Assembly (NCBI GenBank): GCA_041687695.1
Contig: JAWLBL010000001.1
Span: forward strand, 355,461-419,460
Direction of reading: 5' to 3'
DNA length: 64,000 nt
Origin: Myxococcota bacterium
GTDB taxonomy: Bacteria > Myxococcota_A > UBA9042 > PHBI01 > JAWLBL01
In this document: one piece after another, positions 10,282 through 19,593 of the stretch
Numbering within the stretch: position 1 is the stretch's first letter
How the letters are laid out: each line of letters begins with the position of its first letter
Position numbers and translations under genes: made by a program
Notes under the pieces: model-generated
Told to the model about the DNA's origin: nothing
The model's database searches: none
Seen by the model: only the letters and a program-made list of their open reading frames with translations

Positions 10282-11262
10282 ATGCTCGAGCAGACCATCC
10301 CCGTCGTCGACCTGAACCAGTTCCTCCACGGCGACGCCGCGCAGCAGCGCGCCTTCGTCACGACCCTGGGCGACGCCCTGGTCGAGTACGGCTTCGTGGC
10401 CGTCGACCACCACGGCGTCGACCGGCGGGCGATCGAAGGATCCTACGCGGCCATCAAGGGCTTCTTCGGGCTGCCCGACGAGGTCAAGCGCCGCTACATC
10501 GTCCCCGACGGCGGCGGCCAGCGCGGCTACACGGCCTTCGGGCAGGAGCACGCCAAGGGCCAGACGGTCGCGGACCTCAAGGAGTTCTGGCACGTCGGCC
10601 CCGAGCTGGCCGAGGACCACCCCCTACGCGCCCGCATCGAGCGCAACGTGTGGCCGACCGAGATCACGGGCTTCCGCGACGCGACCCTGGGCCTGTGGAA
10701 CAGCCTGTACCGCTGCGGCGAGGTGCTGCTGCGGGCCATCGCGCGCTACCTCGACGCCGACGAGCTCGAGTTCGTCCGCATGATCGACGGCGGCAACTCG
10801 ATCCTGCGCACCATCCGCTACCCGGGCCCCGACGAGGTCAAGCCCGAGCCGGGTGCCGTCTGGGCGGCCGCCCACGAGGACATCAACCTCATCACCCTGC
10901 TGGTCGAGGCCTCCGATCGCGGCCTCGAGCTGCTGCGCCGCGACGGCACCTGGCTGGCCATCGAGCCCATCCCGGGCCAGTGCATCGCCGACGCCGGCGA
11001 CATGCTGCAGCGCCTGACCAACGGCGTCATCCCGTCGACCACCCACCGGGTGCTGGCGCCCCAGGACGCGACCGGCCCACGCTACTCGATGCCCTTCTTC
11101 ATCCACCCGCACCCGGACTACGTGCTGTCGCCGCTGCCCAGCTGCATGACCGAGGCCAACCCCCGCCGCTGGCCCGACATCACGGCCGAGGGCTACCTGA
11201 CCGAGCGCCTGCGCGAGATCGGCCTCATCAAGACCCCGCCGGAGCCCGCGCCCGCGGCCTGA
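10282..11262 (+). CDS. Isopenicillin N synthase-like 2OG-Fe(II) oxygenase
   Basis: IPVVDL, QRGYTAFG, DLKEFWHVG, AAHEDINLITLL (HxD), STTHRV, RYSMPFF. Confidence 0.93.
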   Translation: MLEQTIPVVDLNQFLHGDAAQQRAFVTTLGDALVEYGFVAVDHHGVDRRAIEGSYAAIKGFFGLPDEVKRRYIVPDGGGQRGYTAFGQEHAKGQTVADLKEFWHVGPELAEDHPLRARIERNVWPTEITGFRDATLGLWNSLYRCGEVLLRAIARYLDADELEFVRMIDGGNSILRTIRYPGPDEVKPEPGAVWAAAHEDINLITLLVEASDRGLELLRRDGTWLAIEPIPGQCIADAGDMLQRLTNGVIPSTTHRVLAPQDATGPRYSMPFFIHPHPDYVLSPLPSCMTEANPRRWPDITAEGYLTERLREIGLIKTPPEPAPAA

Positions 11263-11309
11263 AGCCCCGTGTCGACCCGCCCGCCGGGGGGCGTGATGAA
11301 AATCATCGC

Positions 11310-11338
11310 TTGACTTCCCCCCGGGGCGGCCCTATCTA
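11310..11338 (+). promoter_or_regulatory. Putative sigma70 promoter of the tRNA pair
   Basis: TTGACT-N17-TATCTA about 75 bp upstream of the first tRNA. Confidence 0.55.
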
Positions 11339-11413
11339 TCGCGTCCCGAGCCGGTGACGGGCCCCGCCCGCCCCGGCCGTGGCGCGCTTTGACAAGCTGA
11401 AGACACCGATTAC

Positions 11414-11490
<77 letters not shown>

Positions 11491-11566
11491 TCCAATCGAC
11501 CGCCTCCGGCCCCTCTCCATGGGGGGCTGGACGGCGTGTCGACGGTGTCTCCAGTCGAAGACGTAG

Positions 11567-11643
<77 letters not shown>

Positions 11644-11647
11644 CACC

Positions 11648-11680
11648 AAGAGGCCGGTTCCTTCGGGAATCGGCCTCTTC
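11648..11680 (+). terminator. Hairpin terminator after the tRNA pair
   Basis: AAGAGGCCGGTTCC-TTCG-GGAATCGGCCTCTT; the U-tract is short. Confidence 0.7.
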
Positions 11681-11727
11681 GCGTTTCGAACCGTCCGCGC
11701 CTCTGCCCACGGCACGCCCTGGACACG

Positions 11728-11757
11728 AAAAAGGGCCGCTCCCGCAGGACCGGCCCT
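11728..11757 (-). terminator. Intrinsic terminator of the minus-strand FGE-domain gene
   Basis: Minus strand reads GGGCCGGTCCTGCGGGAGCGGCCC-TTTTT. Confidence 0.6.
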
Positions 11758-11854
11758 CTCGCGTTTCCAACCCTGGCTCCGAGGCCGGGCGCGCTCAGCC
11801 CGCGTCGGCCGCGCCAGCGTCCTCAGCCTGCGAGCGTCCTCGTTGCGGTCCACG

Positions 11855-13939
11855 TCAAGGCGCGGACCGACAACATCGGACGCCAACCTGGGGGAGCGCA
11901 TAGCTCGGAGGAAGGGCTGACCGGAGGGCAGCTCGCATCTGCGACGCGAATCCGTTGTAGGCCCCGTTGCGTGCCAACCTGTACTCGCCGGCCATGGGTC
12001 CTGTTGGGTCGCTGACGGGCGCCGCATCGAACTCACCGTACCAGTCAGCTAGCCACTCCGCCACGTTGCCGGACATGTCGAGGGCACCGTAGGGACTGCG
12101 CCCATCGGGCTTCGACCCTACCGGCAGAGGCCCTCCGGTTGCGCAGCCGTCCCCCGCAACGTTCATGACTGCGACCGAACACGCGGGTGCAGGACTGTTG
12201 CCCCATGGATAGGTAAGCATCTGCGATTTGCAGTCTCCAGTGGCGAGCTCACACCCGCCACGAGCGGCTCGCTCCCACTCGGCTTCTCGGCACAGCCTCT
12301 GCTTGCCACTCGGCTTGCCGGACCACTCGCAGTACGCCTTGGCCTGTGACCAGTTGATCCCGTTGATCGGGTGCTGCTCGCGGCCAGGGACGCCGTAGCT
12401 GAGGGCCGGGTCGCTTCCGATAGGCGTAGTGCAGGCCCCTGCCGCGATACAGGCCGACCATTGGGCCGCCGTGACCTCCGTCCTGTCGATGAAATAGGCC
12501 GACAGGGTCACCTCGTGCTGGGGAAGCTCACCGGCCTTGCATCCGCCGTCCTTGGTCGCGTTGCAGCCCATCCAGAACGTTCCCGCCGGTACGAAGACCT
12601 CATTGCTGGTCCCCGACTCGCAGGTCTCCCAGCTGGTGCACGTGAAACCTTGGGGACAGTCGACCCCCAAGCTGCCGCAGGTAGGCTCGACGCACGTCCC
12701 GGCCGGGGAGCACTGCAGGCCGGACGCGCACACCCCACACTGGCCCGTGCCACAGCCGTTGTCGCCACACTGCTTGCCGGCGCACTGCGGTTGGCAAACG
12801 CATTGGCCGCTGGCGTCGCACGCCTCGCCAGCCGGACAGCTTCCACAAGTTCCGCCGCAGCCATCAGCCCCGCATGCCTTCGATGCGCAGTCGGGCACAC
12901 ACACGCAGAGGCCAGCCCCCGAACACACCAGCCCCGTCGCACAACCGCCACAGGTGCCTCCGCAGCCGTCGGAGCCGCACACCTTCCCCATGCAGTCGGG
13001 CTGACAGACGCACGCGCCCTCGAGCGAACACGCCTGTCCCGGCTCACAGGTACCACAGGTCCCACCGCAGCCGTCGGAGCCGCAGTCACGGCCCTCGCAG
13101 GACGGCAGGCATTCACACGAGCCCTCGACGCAGACGTGCCCGGGGCCGCAGGCATCGTCGTTCGAGCATTCGCAGTCCGAAGCATCGATGACGCAGCCCT
13201 GTGCCGACTCCTGGCAGGTCGCGACCGCGCAAGCCACGTCAGGAGCTCCGCAGGTGACCGCGGTACCGACGCACACGCCGCCTTGGCAGGCGTCGTCTTC
13301 GGTACAGGCGAACCCGTCGTCACACCCCTTGCCATCCGCACTCACTGGGTTGCTGCACTCACCGGAGGCGGGATCGCACGGACCCACCTCGTGGCAAGCA
13401 TCGAGGGCGGTACAGGTCTTGGAGACTCCGCCCGTGCACGTGCCGGCGTGACAAGCCTCGCCCTCAGTGCAGGCATCGCCGTCATCGCACGGCGCCTCGT
13501 CCTCCAGCGATTCGACGACGCAGACGCCCTCGATGCACGAAAAGAACTGACATGCTGGCGCACCAGCAGCGCAGTCCTCGTCGACGTTGCATTGGGCTAC
13601 CGCGGCGTCGGACCCGTCGACCTCAACCGACGCATCGAGATCATCGCCTTCGCCGTCATCGCTTCCAGCTTCGCTCACGTCCTCGCCGGCCGACCCTTGG
13701 TCATCGCTGTCATCCACATCCTGAACTGGGACCTGGTCTTGGACATCGACCAAGTCGTCGACCGTCGTCTCGCTCACCTTCAGCTCCCCGTCGTCGCGGT
13801 CACCGGGCTCGTCCGCGTCCAGATCGCCATCGTCCGTCTCAGAGTAGGCGGACAATGGATCCCAATCGAAACAGCCGGGAGCGACGATCGAGCTGATGAC
13901 GAAGGTGAAGGTGCCGACGAATCGGATGAGTTCACGCAT
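11855..13939 (-). CDS. Exported Cys-rich repeat protein with C-terminal FGE-sulfatase (SUMF1, C-type lectin fold) domain
   Basis: Signal/lipobox-like N-terminus, acidic linker, CDDGDACT repeats, four CxPxCxGKxCGxDGCGGxCG repeats, then VPAGTFWMGC...DRTEVT...EAEWERAARG...DMSGNVAEW...GVRCCR. Confidence 0.9.
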   Translation of the reverse strand: MRELIRFVGTFTFVISSIVAPGCFDWDPLSAYSETDDGDLDADEPGDRDDGELKVSETTVDDLVDVQDQVPVQDVDDSDDQGSAGEDVSEAGSDDGEGDDLDASVEVDGSDAAVAQCNVDEDCAAGAPACQFFSCIEGVCVVESLEDEAPCDDGDACTEGEACHAGTCTGGVSKTCTALDACHEVGPCDPASGECSNPVSADGKGCDDGFACTEDDACQGGVCVGTAVTCGAPDVACAVATCQESAQGCVIDASDCECSNDDACGPGHVCVEGSCECLPSCEGRDCGSDGCGGTCGTCEPGQACSLEGACVCQPDCMGKVCGSDGCGGTCGGCATGLVCSGAGLCVCVPDCASKACGADGCGGTCGSCPAGEACDASGQCVCQPQCAGKQCGDNGCGTGQCGVCASGLQCSPAGTCVEPTCGSLGVDCPQGFTCTSWETCESGTSNEVFVPAGTFWMGCNATKDGGCKAGELPQHEVTLSAYFIDRTEVTAAQWSACIAAGACTTPIGSDPALSYGVPGREQHPINGINWSQAKAYCEWSGKPSGKQRLCREAEWERAARGGCELATGDCKSQMLTYPWGNSPAPACSVAVMNVAGDGCATGGPLPVGSKPDGRSPYGALDMSGNVAEWLADWYGEFDAAPVSDPTGPMAGEYRLARNGAYNGFASQMRAALRSALPPSYALPQVGVRCCRSAP

Positions 13940-14182
13940 GCGGCCAGCTCCGGTCTGATGATGGTCCGTCTGCGACAACTAGCCTGAGGCTGGACGAGAC
14001 GTCAAGGCCAGCTCGGGCGCCTATCGAGCACCGTTGCGGGCCGGGTTGTGCGTGGGTGCGGTGGGATGGCAAGATGGCCCGGAACCACCATCAACGAGCC
14101 TCCCGGATGCGTGTTGCGTACGATGGGATCGCGAGATCCCGTTGCGACGCAGGGCGCGGTCTCGGAGGAGAGGAGAGGCGGG

Positions 14183-15004
14183 ATGAAGCTGTCCCTGAAC
14201 CCCTGGATCAGGCTGAACCAGTTCACGGTCGGTCGTAGGTTGTTCGCCATCGCGCAAGTCAAGCGACTGGCCGAAGGACGTGGGCTGAACGCCCTGGTCG
14301 AGCGCTGCGCGCAGGCCGAGCAGCTGGACAAGCAGGTGCGCGAGCTCGAGCGGCGCTACAAGGTCGACAAGAACCGCCGGGTCGACCCGCGCCTTCAGGC
14401 GCTCGATCCGCAGATCGACAAGCTTGTCGGTGCGATCTACCGCATCTGCGTCGAGGTGACGGCCTCGCTCGCCGGCGAGCCCGAGGGCGATGCGGCGGCC
14501 CGGATCGTGCGCGAGTTGTATCCGGGTGGACCCATCGCAATCACGACGCTGACCTACGTGGATCAGGGCAGCGAGGTCGGAGCCATCGTCGAGCACCTGT
14601 CGCCCGACGGTGACCTCGATGCCGAGGCCCAGACCGTCGGCCTCGTGGCCCAGGTCGCGCGCCTCGGAAAGCTCAACGCCGAGTTCATCGATCTGCTCCC
14701 GAAGGGCGCCGACGAGCTGGTCCGTTGGGATCACGTCCGCGCGGCGAACGCCCAGGGCGACGAGCGGCTCCGCGCCATCGTGGCCTGGATCCTGGGTCAG
14801 TTCCCCGACCCTCACCAGGCCGAGGCCCGCGCGGCCCTGCTGGAGCCCATCCGACATCAGGACGAGGCCATCCGCGCCGCCCTGTCGGCCCGTCGCGCTG
14901 TTCGTGACGTCGACCCCGTCAGCGGCGAGGAGATCGTCGACGAGGCCAATCCCGAGACGACGGTCGCGCCCGTGCCCGAGTCAGAGCCCGAAGCGGTCGC
15001 TTGA
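14183..15004 (+). CDS. All-helical hypothetical protein (DUF6261-like, tentative)
   Basis: Purine-rich RBS (GGAGGAGAGGAGAGG) before the ATG, typical codon usage and a strong terminator downstream. The family label is from recollection only. Confidence 0.75.
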   Translation: MKLSLNPWIRLNQFTVGRRLFAIAQVKRLAEGRGLNALVERCAQAEQLDKQVRELERRYKVDKNRRVDPRLQALDPQIDKLVGAIYRICVEVTASLAGEPEGDAAARIVRELYPGGPIAITTLTYVDQGSEVGAIVEHLSPDGDLDAEAQTVGLVAQVARLGKLNAEFIDLLPKGADELVRWDHVRAANAQGDERLRAIVAWILGQFPDPHQAEARAALLEPIRHQDEAIRAALSARRAVRDVDPVSGEEIVDEANPETTVAPVPESEPEAVA

Positions 15005-15020
15005 CCCCGTCGGGTGATCC

Positions 15021-15064
15021 CGCCAAAGGCCCGGTTGCGCACGCGACCGGGCCTTTGGCGTTTT
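15021..15064 (+). terminator. Intrinsic terminator
   Basis: CGCCAAAGGCCCGGTTGCG-CA-CGCGACCGGGCCTTTGGCG followed by TTTT. Confidence 0.85.
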
Positions 15065-15114
15065 CGCCCTCCGCCGCCACCGGGCCCGCTCTCCCCGCGT
15101 CACTCACTCCGAGC

Positions 15115-15422
15115 GGCACCGGACCACCCTGGCTCGTTCGCTGGCCCACGCCAGCCGGTATCAGACCACCCCTCGAGGGGGTCGGACCCCCTCGAGGGGT
15201 GGTCTGATACCGGCCTCGATCGGCTAGCGAGCAAGGCCACCTGGTCCGATACCAGCCTCCGTCGCCCAGCGGGCGACGCCCACCTGGTCTGCTATCGGCC
15301 ACCGTCGTCCAGCGAGCGACGCAGCCTGGTATCGCACCACCGTTCCTCGGCCAACGAGGCACCTAGGGTGGTCCGATACCGGCCTTTCTGGCCGGGCGAG
15401 CACCAGCACCAAGTACACTACC
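15115..15422. repeat. Degenerate ~42-bp-period array of 11-bp GGT-N5-ACC-like boxes containing a 61-bp perfect palindrome
   Basis: Boxes start at 15115, 15157, 15201, 15243, 15286, 15328, 15370 and 15412. Perfect 30-bp arms at 15154-15183 and 15185-15214. Confidence 0.8.
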
Positions 15423-15539
15423 ACCCCCGACCGTATGGCCGGTTCCATCCCCCCGAACCATTCCCTACCACGCATCCTGAGCGGCCCGACTTGAATGGTG
15501 CGCGTGCTTCGAGTGCGTCCGACTCCTAGACAGGCAGCC

Positions 15540-16020
15540 ACTACGCCGCCGCCCCATCTGTCGGAGCCCAAGTACGCGCGCTTCCTGGCGTCGTTTCCGC
15601 AGCTCGATCGCAGCCAGCCCCCGCTCTCCGGCGACCTCTACGTCACCGACTGCGACGAGCCGCCGCGCGACAAGCGCGGTCCCAACACGAGGACAAGCGC
15701 GGGCCCGAGCACGAGGAGACGCCCTGGGGCTGAATCGAGCGCAAGCCGCGCAGCTTCATCACCCGCGACCTCGTGCTGCTGACCTACGTGCGTCGCAAGA
15801 GCTACGCGCCGCCCCAGCGACTCGACACGTTCTCCGCCGATGAGGTGGGCCTGGATCCCCAAGGTCCGCTCTCCCGCTTCTCGCATCGGCGAGCACCGCG
15901 ACGCGGTCGACTACGACCACCGCGCCGCCGTCCCCTACCTCCCCTTCGGCCGCGGCACGTCAGCCTCGACCGAGGAGGATCCGGACAGCGAGGGACGAGA
16001 GTCGAGCACTGGCAGCCACA
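15540..16020 (+). pseudogene. Possible fragmented gene remnant
   Basis: Protein-like, coding-style segments in different frames (SEPKYARFLASFPQLD...; SFITRDLVLLTYVRRKSY...; IGEHRDAVDYDHRAAVPYLPFG) with no single intact ORF. Confidence 0.35.
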
Positions 16021-16197
16021 GGCTCGCAGCAGTACCGTATTCGCCGCGCGGGTGCCGAGGGTGTCGCCAAGACTCGGTCAGCACCCGCGTAGGCGTAGCT
16101 GGGGGACGAGTCGAAGCGAGCGGAGAACTCGAACCAATGGCGCGTCCATGTTGGGTAGGCAGGCCGTTCGGTTGCCAGCCCCGCCGCCTCCGCTGGT

Positions 16198-18099
16198 TCA
16201 GTCCGCGTCTGGATCTCCTGCGTCCTCGCTCGGCGACACGTCCTCGCTCGGCGGCACGTCCTCGCTCGGCGGCACGTCCTCGCTCGGCGGCACGTCCTCG
16301 CTCGGCGGCACGTCCTCGCTCGGCGGCACGTCCTCAGTCGGCTCTACGTCCTCGGTCGGCTCCACGTCCTCGGCCGGCGGCACGTCCTCGGTGGGGCCGA
16401 CGTCCTCGATCACCTCCTCGATGGGGCCGACGTCGTCGATGACCTCCTCGGCCGCGTCCTCGGTCGGGCCGGCGTCGGTCGGACCGGCGTCGGGATCGGG
16501 GTCTGCAGCGGCCTCGCAGTCCTCGGGGCAGAACACCTCTTCGAGATCGCCGCACACGCCGTCGCCGCAAGTGGGGGTGCCGCCACCGCCACAGTCCTGC
16601 TGACACGTGAACTGCTCGAAGATGTCGTCGCAGATCCCGTTGCCGCACTTGTCAGGGCAGTCCTGGGCGCAGGTGAGGAACTCGAGCAGCCCGCACACGC
16701 CGTCACCACACACGTCGGGGCCCCCGCCGCCGCAGTCGTCGGGGCAGAGGAACTCCTCGCCCTGCTCGCAGACGCCGTTGCCGCAGCCGGGCTGCGCGTT
16801 GCACTGGCCGCAGTCGTTCGGGCAGGACTCGCAGGTCTCGGTGGCCGAGCACAGGTTGTCGCCGCAGACGCCGCAGACGTTGTTGCCGCTGCCGCACACG
16901 CCCGCCGCGCACTTGTCGCCGGTCGTGCAGGGGTCGCCGTCGTCGCACGTGGCGCCCTCGTTGCTCTGGTACTCGCAGCCGACGCCCTCGACGCACAGGT
17001 CCAGCGTGCAGGGGTTGCCGTCGTTGCAGTCCTTCTCGAAGCCGCCCTGGCACTCGCCCTCCTTGCAGGTCGCGTTGTCCAGGCACGGGTCGTCGACCGC
17101 GCAGGGGGCGCCGTCGTTGCGCGCCGTCTCGACGCACGCGCCGGTCGCCGGGTCGCAGGTGTTGTCGGAGCAGGCGCTCGACGGCGCGTCGCAGCCGACG
17201 ATGGTCGCCACGTCCAGCACGCACAGCCCCTCGTCCGAGCAGGTCAGCCGCCCGTTGCACAGGTCGGCGTCCTCGAGCAGGGCGCAGTCGTGCGGCCCCT
17301 CGCAGGTGCAGACCGGCGTGCCGAGGCAGAAGCCGCCCGAGCAGGTGTCGCCCGTCGTGCAGGCGCTGCCGTCCGAGCACGCGGTGCCGTCGTCCTTGGG
17401 CTTGGGCTGGCACTGGCCGTTGAGCGGGTTGCAGGCGTTGTCGGCGCACGGGCCGGCGTCCGGGCAGACCACGACCGTCGCCGGATCCAGCCGACACTGG
17501 CCGCCGTTGCACTCGAGCGAGCCGTTGCAGAGGTTGCCGTCGTCGTAGGCGACGCAGTCCTCGTCCTTGTTGCAGGTGCACTGGCCGCTCGGCGTGCCCT
17601 TGCACTGGCCGCTGAGATCGCACAGGTCGTTGGTCGTACACGGATCCTGATCGTTACAGGGCCCGGTCACCGGCGTGTGGGTGCAGCCCTCGCCGGGCTT
17701 GCAGCCGTCGGCGGTGCAAGGGCTGCCGTCGTCGCAGTCGGTTACGGCGTTGCCCGCCACGCACTCGCCGGCCTCGCACCACGACTCGGCGCTGCACGGC
17801 TCGCCGTCGTCGCAGGGCGCGTAGTCGGCGGCCACCCCGGCCACGCAGGTCTTGCTGTCGGGGTCGCACAGGGCGGCCTCGCAGGTGCCGAGGCCGGCGA
17901 CCTTGCCGACGCAGTCGGCGTGGCCCTCGCAGCCGACCTCGCCGACGTCTCCCTTGACGTCGGCGCCGACGTCCGAGGTCCCCTGGGTGCCTTCGGGGCC
18001 ATCCGAGCAGGCGACGAGGCCGGCCAGCGGCGCGGCGAGCAAGACGAGCAGCGCGCGGGGCGCCGCGAGCGAAGCGATGGACGACGGACTAGGCCACAT
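16198..18099 (-). CDS. Cys-rich repeat lipoprotein with acidic C-terminal repeats
   Basis: Lipobox LAGLVAC, many CDDGxPCTxDxC and CGNGVC/CGDGVC repeats, C-terminal (EDVPPS)n. Confidence 0.88.
   Translation of the reverse strand: MWPSPSSIASLAAPRALLVLLAAPLAGLVACSDGPEGTQGTSDVGADVKGDVGEVGCEGHADCVGKVAGLGTCEAALCDPDSKTCVAGVAADYAPCDDGEPCSAESWCEAGECVAGNAVTDCDDGSPCTADGCKPGEGCTHTPVTGPCNDQDPCTTNDLCDLSGQCKGTPSGQCTCNKDEDCVAYDDGNLCNGSLECNGGQCRLDPATVVVCPDAGPCADNACNPLNGQCQPKPKDDGTACSDGSACTTGDTCSGGFCLGTPVCTCEGPHDCALLEDADLCNGRLTCSDEGLCVLDVATIVGCDAPSSACSDNTCDPATGACVETARNDGAPCAVDDPCLDNATCKEGECQGGFEKDCNDGNPCTLDLCVEGVGCEYQSNEGATCDDGDPCTTGDKCAAGVCGSGNNVCGVCGDNLCSATETCESCPNDCGQCNAQPGCGNGVCEQGEEFLCPDDCGGGGPDVCGDGVCGLLEFLTCAQDCPDKCGNGICDDIFEQFTCQQDCGGGGTPTCGDGVCGDLEEVFCPEDCEAAADPDPDAGPTDAGPTEDAAEEVIDDVGPIEEVIEDVGPTEDVPPAEDVEPTEDVEPTEDVPPSEDVPPSEDVPPSEDVPPSEDVPPSEDVSPSEDAGDPDAD
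16223..16450 (-). repeat. 18-bp coding tandem repeat (EDVPPS)
   Basis: Six near-perfect TCCTCGCTCGGCGGCACG units at 16223-16330, then degenerate units. Confidence 0.9.
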
Positions 18100-18253
18100 G
18101 CGGGATCCCCCCCCTCTCGGAGCAGTGCGTGGCGAAGCCTGCCCGAGCAGGGCCGCCGGCTGCAACCCCCACGTTTCACAGCCGCCCCCCAGACGTTGCC
18201 CCGCGCGCCGGCTCGCGTGGTAGGCTCCGCGCGACCGAACGAGGAGGCGAGCC

Positions 18254-19159
18254 ATGTCCACCCATCCCAAGTCGCCCGCGCGGACCGCCGCGCGCCCCGC
18301 CGTCCGCCGGCTCCCGCGCGTGCTGGTCGCGCTGCTGAGCCTCGGCGCGCTGACCCTGGTGAGCCCGGGCGAGGCCCAGGCGCGCAAGAAGAAGCCCAAG
18401 AGCGATCCGTCCTACCTGTACCTCGACGGCGTCCGCGAGCGCGTCTTCTGGAACGACGGCGACTCGTTCAAGGTGATGGAGGGCTCGCGCAAGGGGCTCA
18501 AGGCGCGTCTGGTCGGTTACAACACCCTCGAGTCCTATGGGCCGGTGCACTTCTGGGGCGGCTTCCACGGCTGGGAGCTGTACCGCATCGCCAAGGACGG
18601 CGCGAAGTTCGCCCAGAAGGGCGAGTGGACCTGCAAGGTCATGGGCCCGGTCGACGGCTACGGGCGCGCGCTGGTCGAGTGCCCGGATCTGCGCAAGGCC
18701 ATCATCAGGAAGGGCTACGCCCACGTCTTCGCGGTGGGCGAGGAGCCCGACGCCGAGCTGGTCGAGGCGCAGCGGCAGGCGCAGAACGAGCGGCTGGGCA
18801 TCTGGTCCAAGGGCATCCCGACCCACATCGTGACCAGCATCCACTCGACCGACGAGCTGACCGACGAGGACCGGGCCAAGGGCAAGACCAACAGCTACAA
18901 CCGCGTGTGCGACACCCGGACCGGCAAGTCCTTCGTCATCGAGCACACGACGCCCTTCAAGCCGTGCGACGCCTGGTGCTACGGGGCGAGCTGCATGGTG
19001 TACCTGCCCTTCGACGTGCGCTTCGGCGACAAGCGCCCGGCCTGCGTGGTCGGCGACGGCGGCGAGCGCAATCGGTTGGTGGCGGCGCCCGTCCTGGGGT
19101 ACCCGTCGACCGAGACCAAGGACGACAAGAGCGCGCGGCAGGCGCGGGGGGACAAGTGA
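18254..19159 (+). CDS. Thermonuclease (SNase-like) family protein, exported
   Basis: Signal peptide, then NDGDSF, ARLVGYNTLE, DGYGRALV, IRKGYA, AQNERLGIW. Confidence 0.8.
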   Translation: MSTHPKSPARTAARPAVRRLPRVLVALLSLGALTLVSPGEAQARKKKPKSDPSYLYLDGVRERVFWNDGDSFKVMEGSRKGLKARLVGYNTLESYGPVHFWGGFHGWELYRIAKDGAKFAQKGEWTCKVMGPVDGYGRALVECPDLRKAIIRKGYAHVFAVGEEPDAELVEAQRQAQNERLGIWSKGIPTHIVTSIHSTDELTDEDRAKGKTNSYNRVCDTRTGKSFVIEHTTPFKPCDAWCYGASCMVYLPFDVRFGDKRPACVVGDGGERNRLVAAPVLGYPSTETKDDKSARQARGDK

Positions 19160-19593
19160 GCGTGGGGAACGTGTGGCTCATCAAGAGCGAGCCCGACAAG
19201 TACAGCTGGGACGATCTGAACCGCGACGGCCGGACCTTCTGGGACGGCGTGCGCAACTACCAGGCGCGCAACAACCTGCAGGCGATGCAGGTGGGCGACC
19301 TGTGCCTGTACTACCACTCGGTCGCCGAAAAGCAGATCGTGGGTCTCGCGCGGGTGGTGCGGCAGGCCTATCAGGACCCGACGACCGAGGACGAGCGGTG
19401 GCGGGTTGTTGACGTCGAGCCCTTCGCCGCACTAAAGCGGCCGCTGTCGCTCGAGGCCATCAAGGGCGACGAGGTGCTGCGGGAGATGGCCATCGTCCGG
19501 CAGTCGCGCCTGAGCGTGGCGCCGGTCACCCGCGAGCAATTCGAACGCGTCCTCGCCCTCACGGGGACCCAGGTCACCGGAGTCAGCGCATGA
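19156..19593 (+). CDS. EVE domain protein
   Basis: WLIKSEPDKYSWDDL, WDGVRNYQARN, YYHS, RQSRLSVAPV. GTG start overlaps the previous stop. Confidence 0.93.
   Translation: MSVGNVWLIKSEPDKYSWDDLNRDGRTFWDGVRNYQARNNLQAMQVGDLCLYYHSVAEKQIVGLARVVRQAYQDPTTEDERWRVVDVEPFAALKRPLSLEAIKGDEVLREMAIVRQSRLSVAPVTREQFERVLALTGTQVTGVSA

Noticed and set aside
11855..12100. Diversity-generating retroelement target (C-terminal FGE/C-type lectin domain)
   Set aside because: No template repeat or reverse transcriptase was seen in the window. A remote DGR cannot be excluded.
15115..15422. CRISPR or mini-CRISPR array
   Set aside because: The conserved box is only 11 bp and variable, and the intervals resemble each other, so this is a degenerate tandem repeat.
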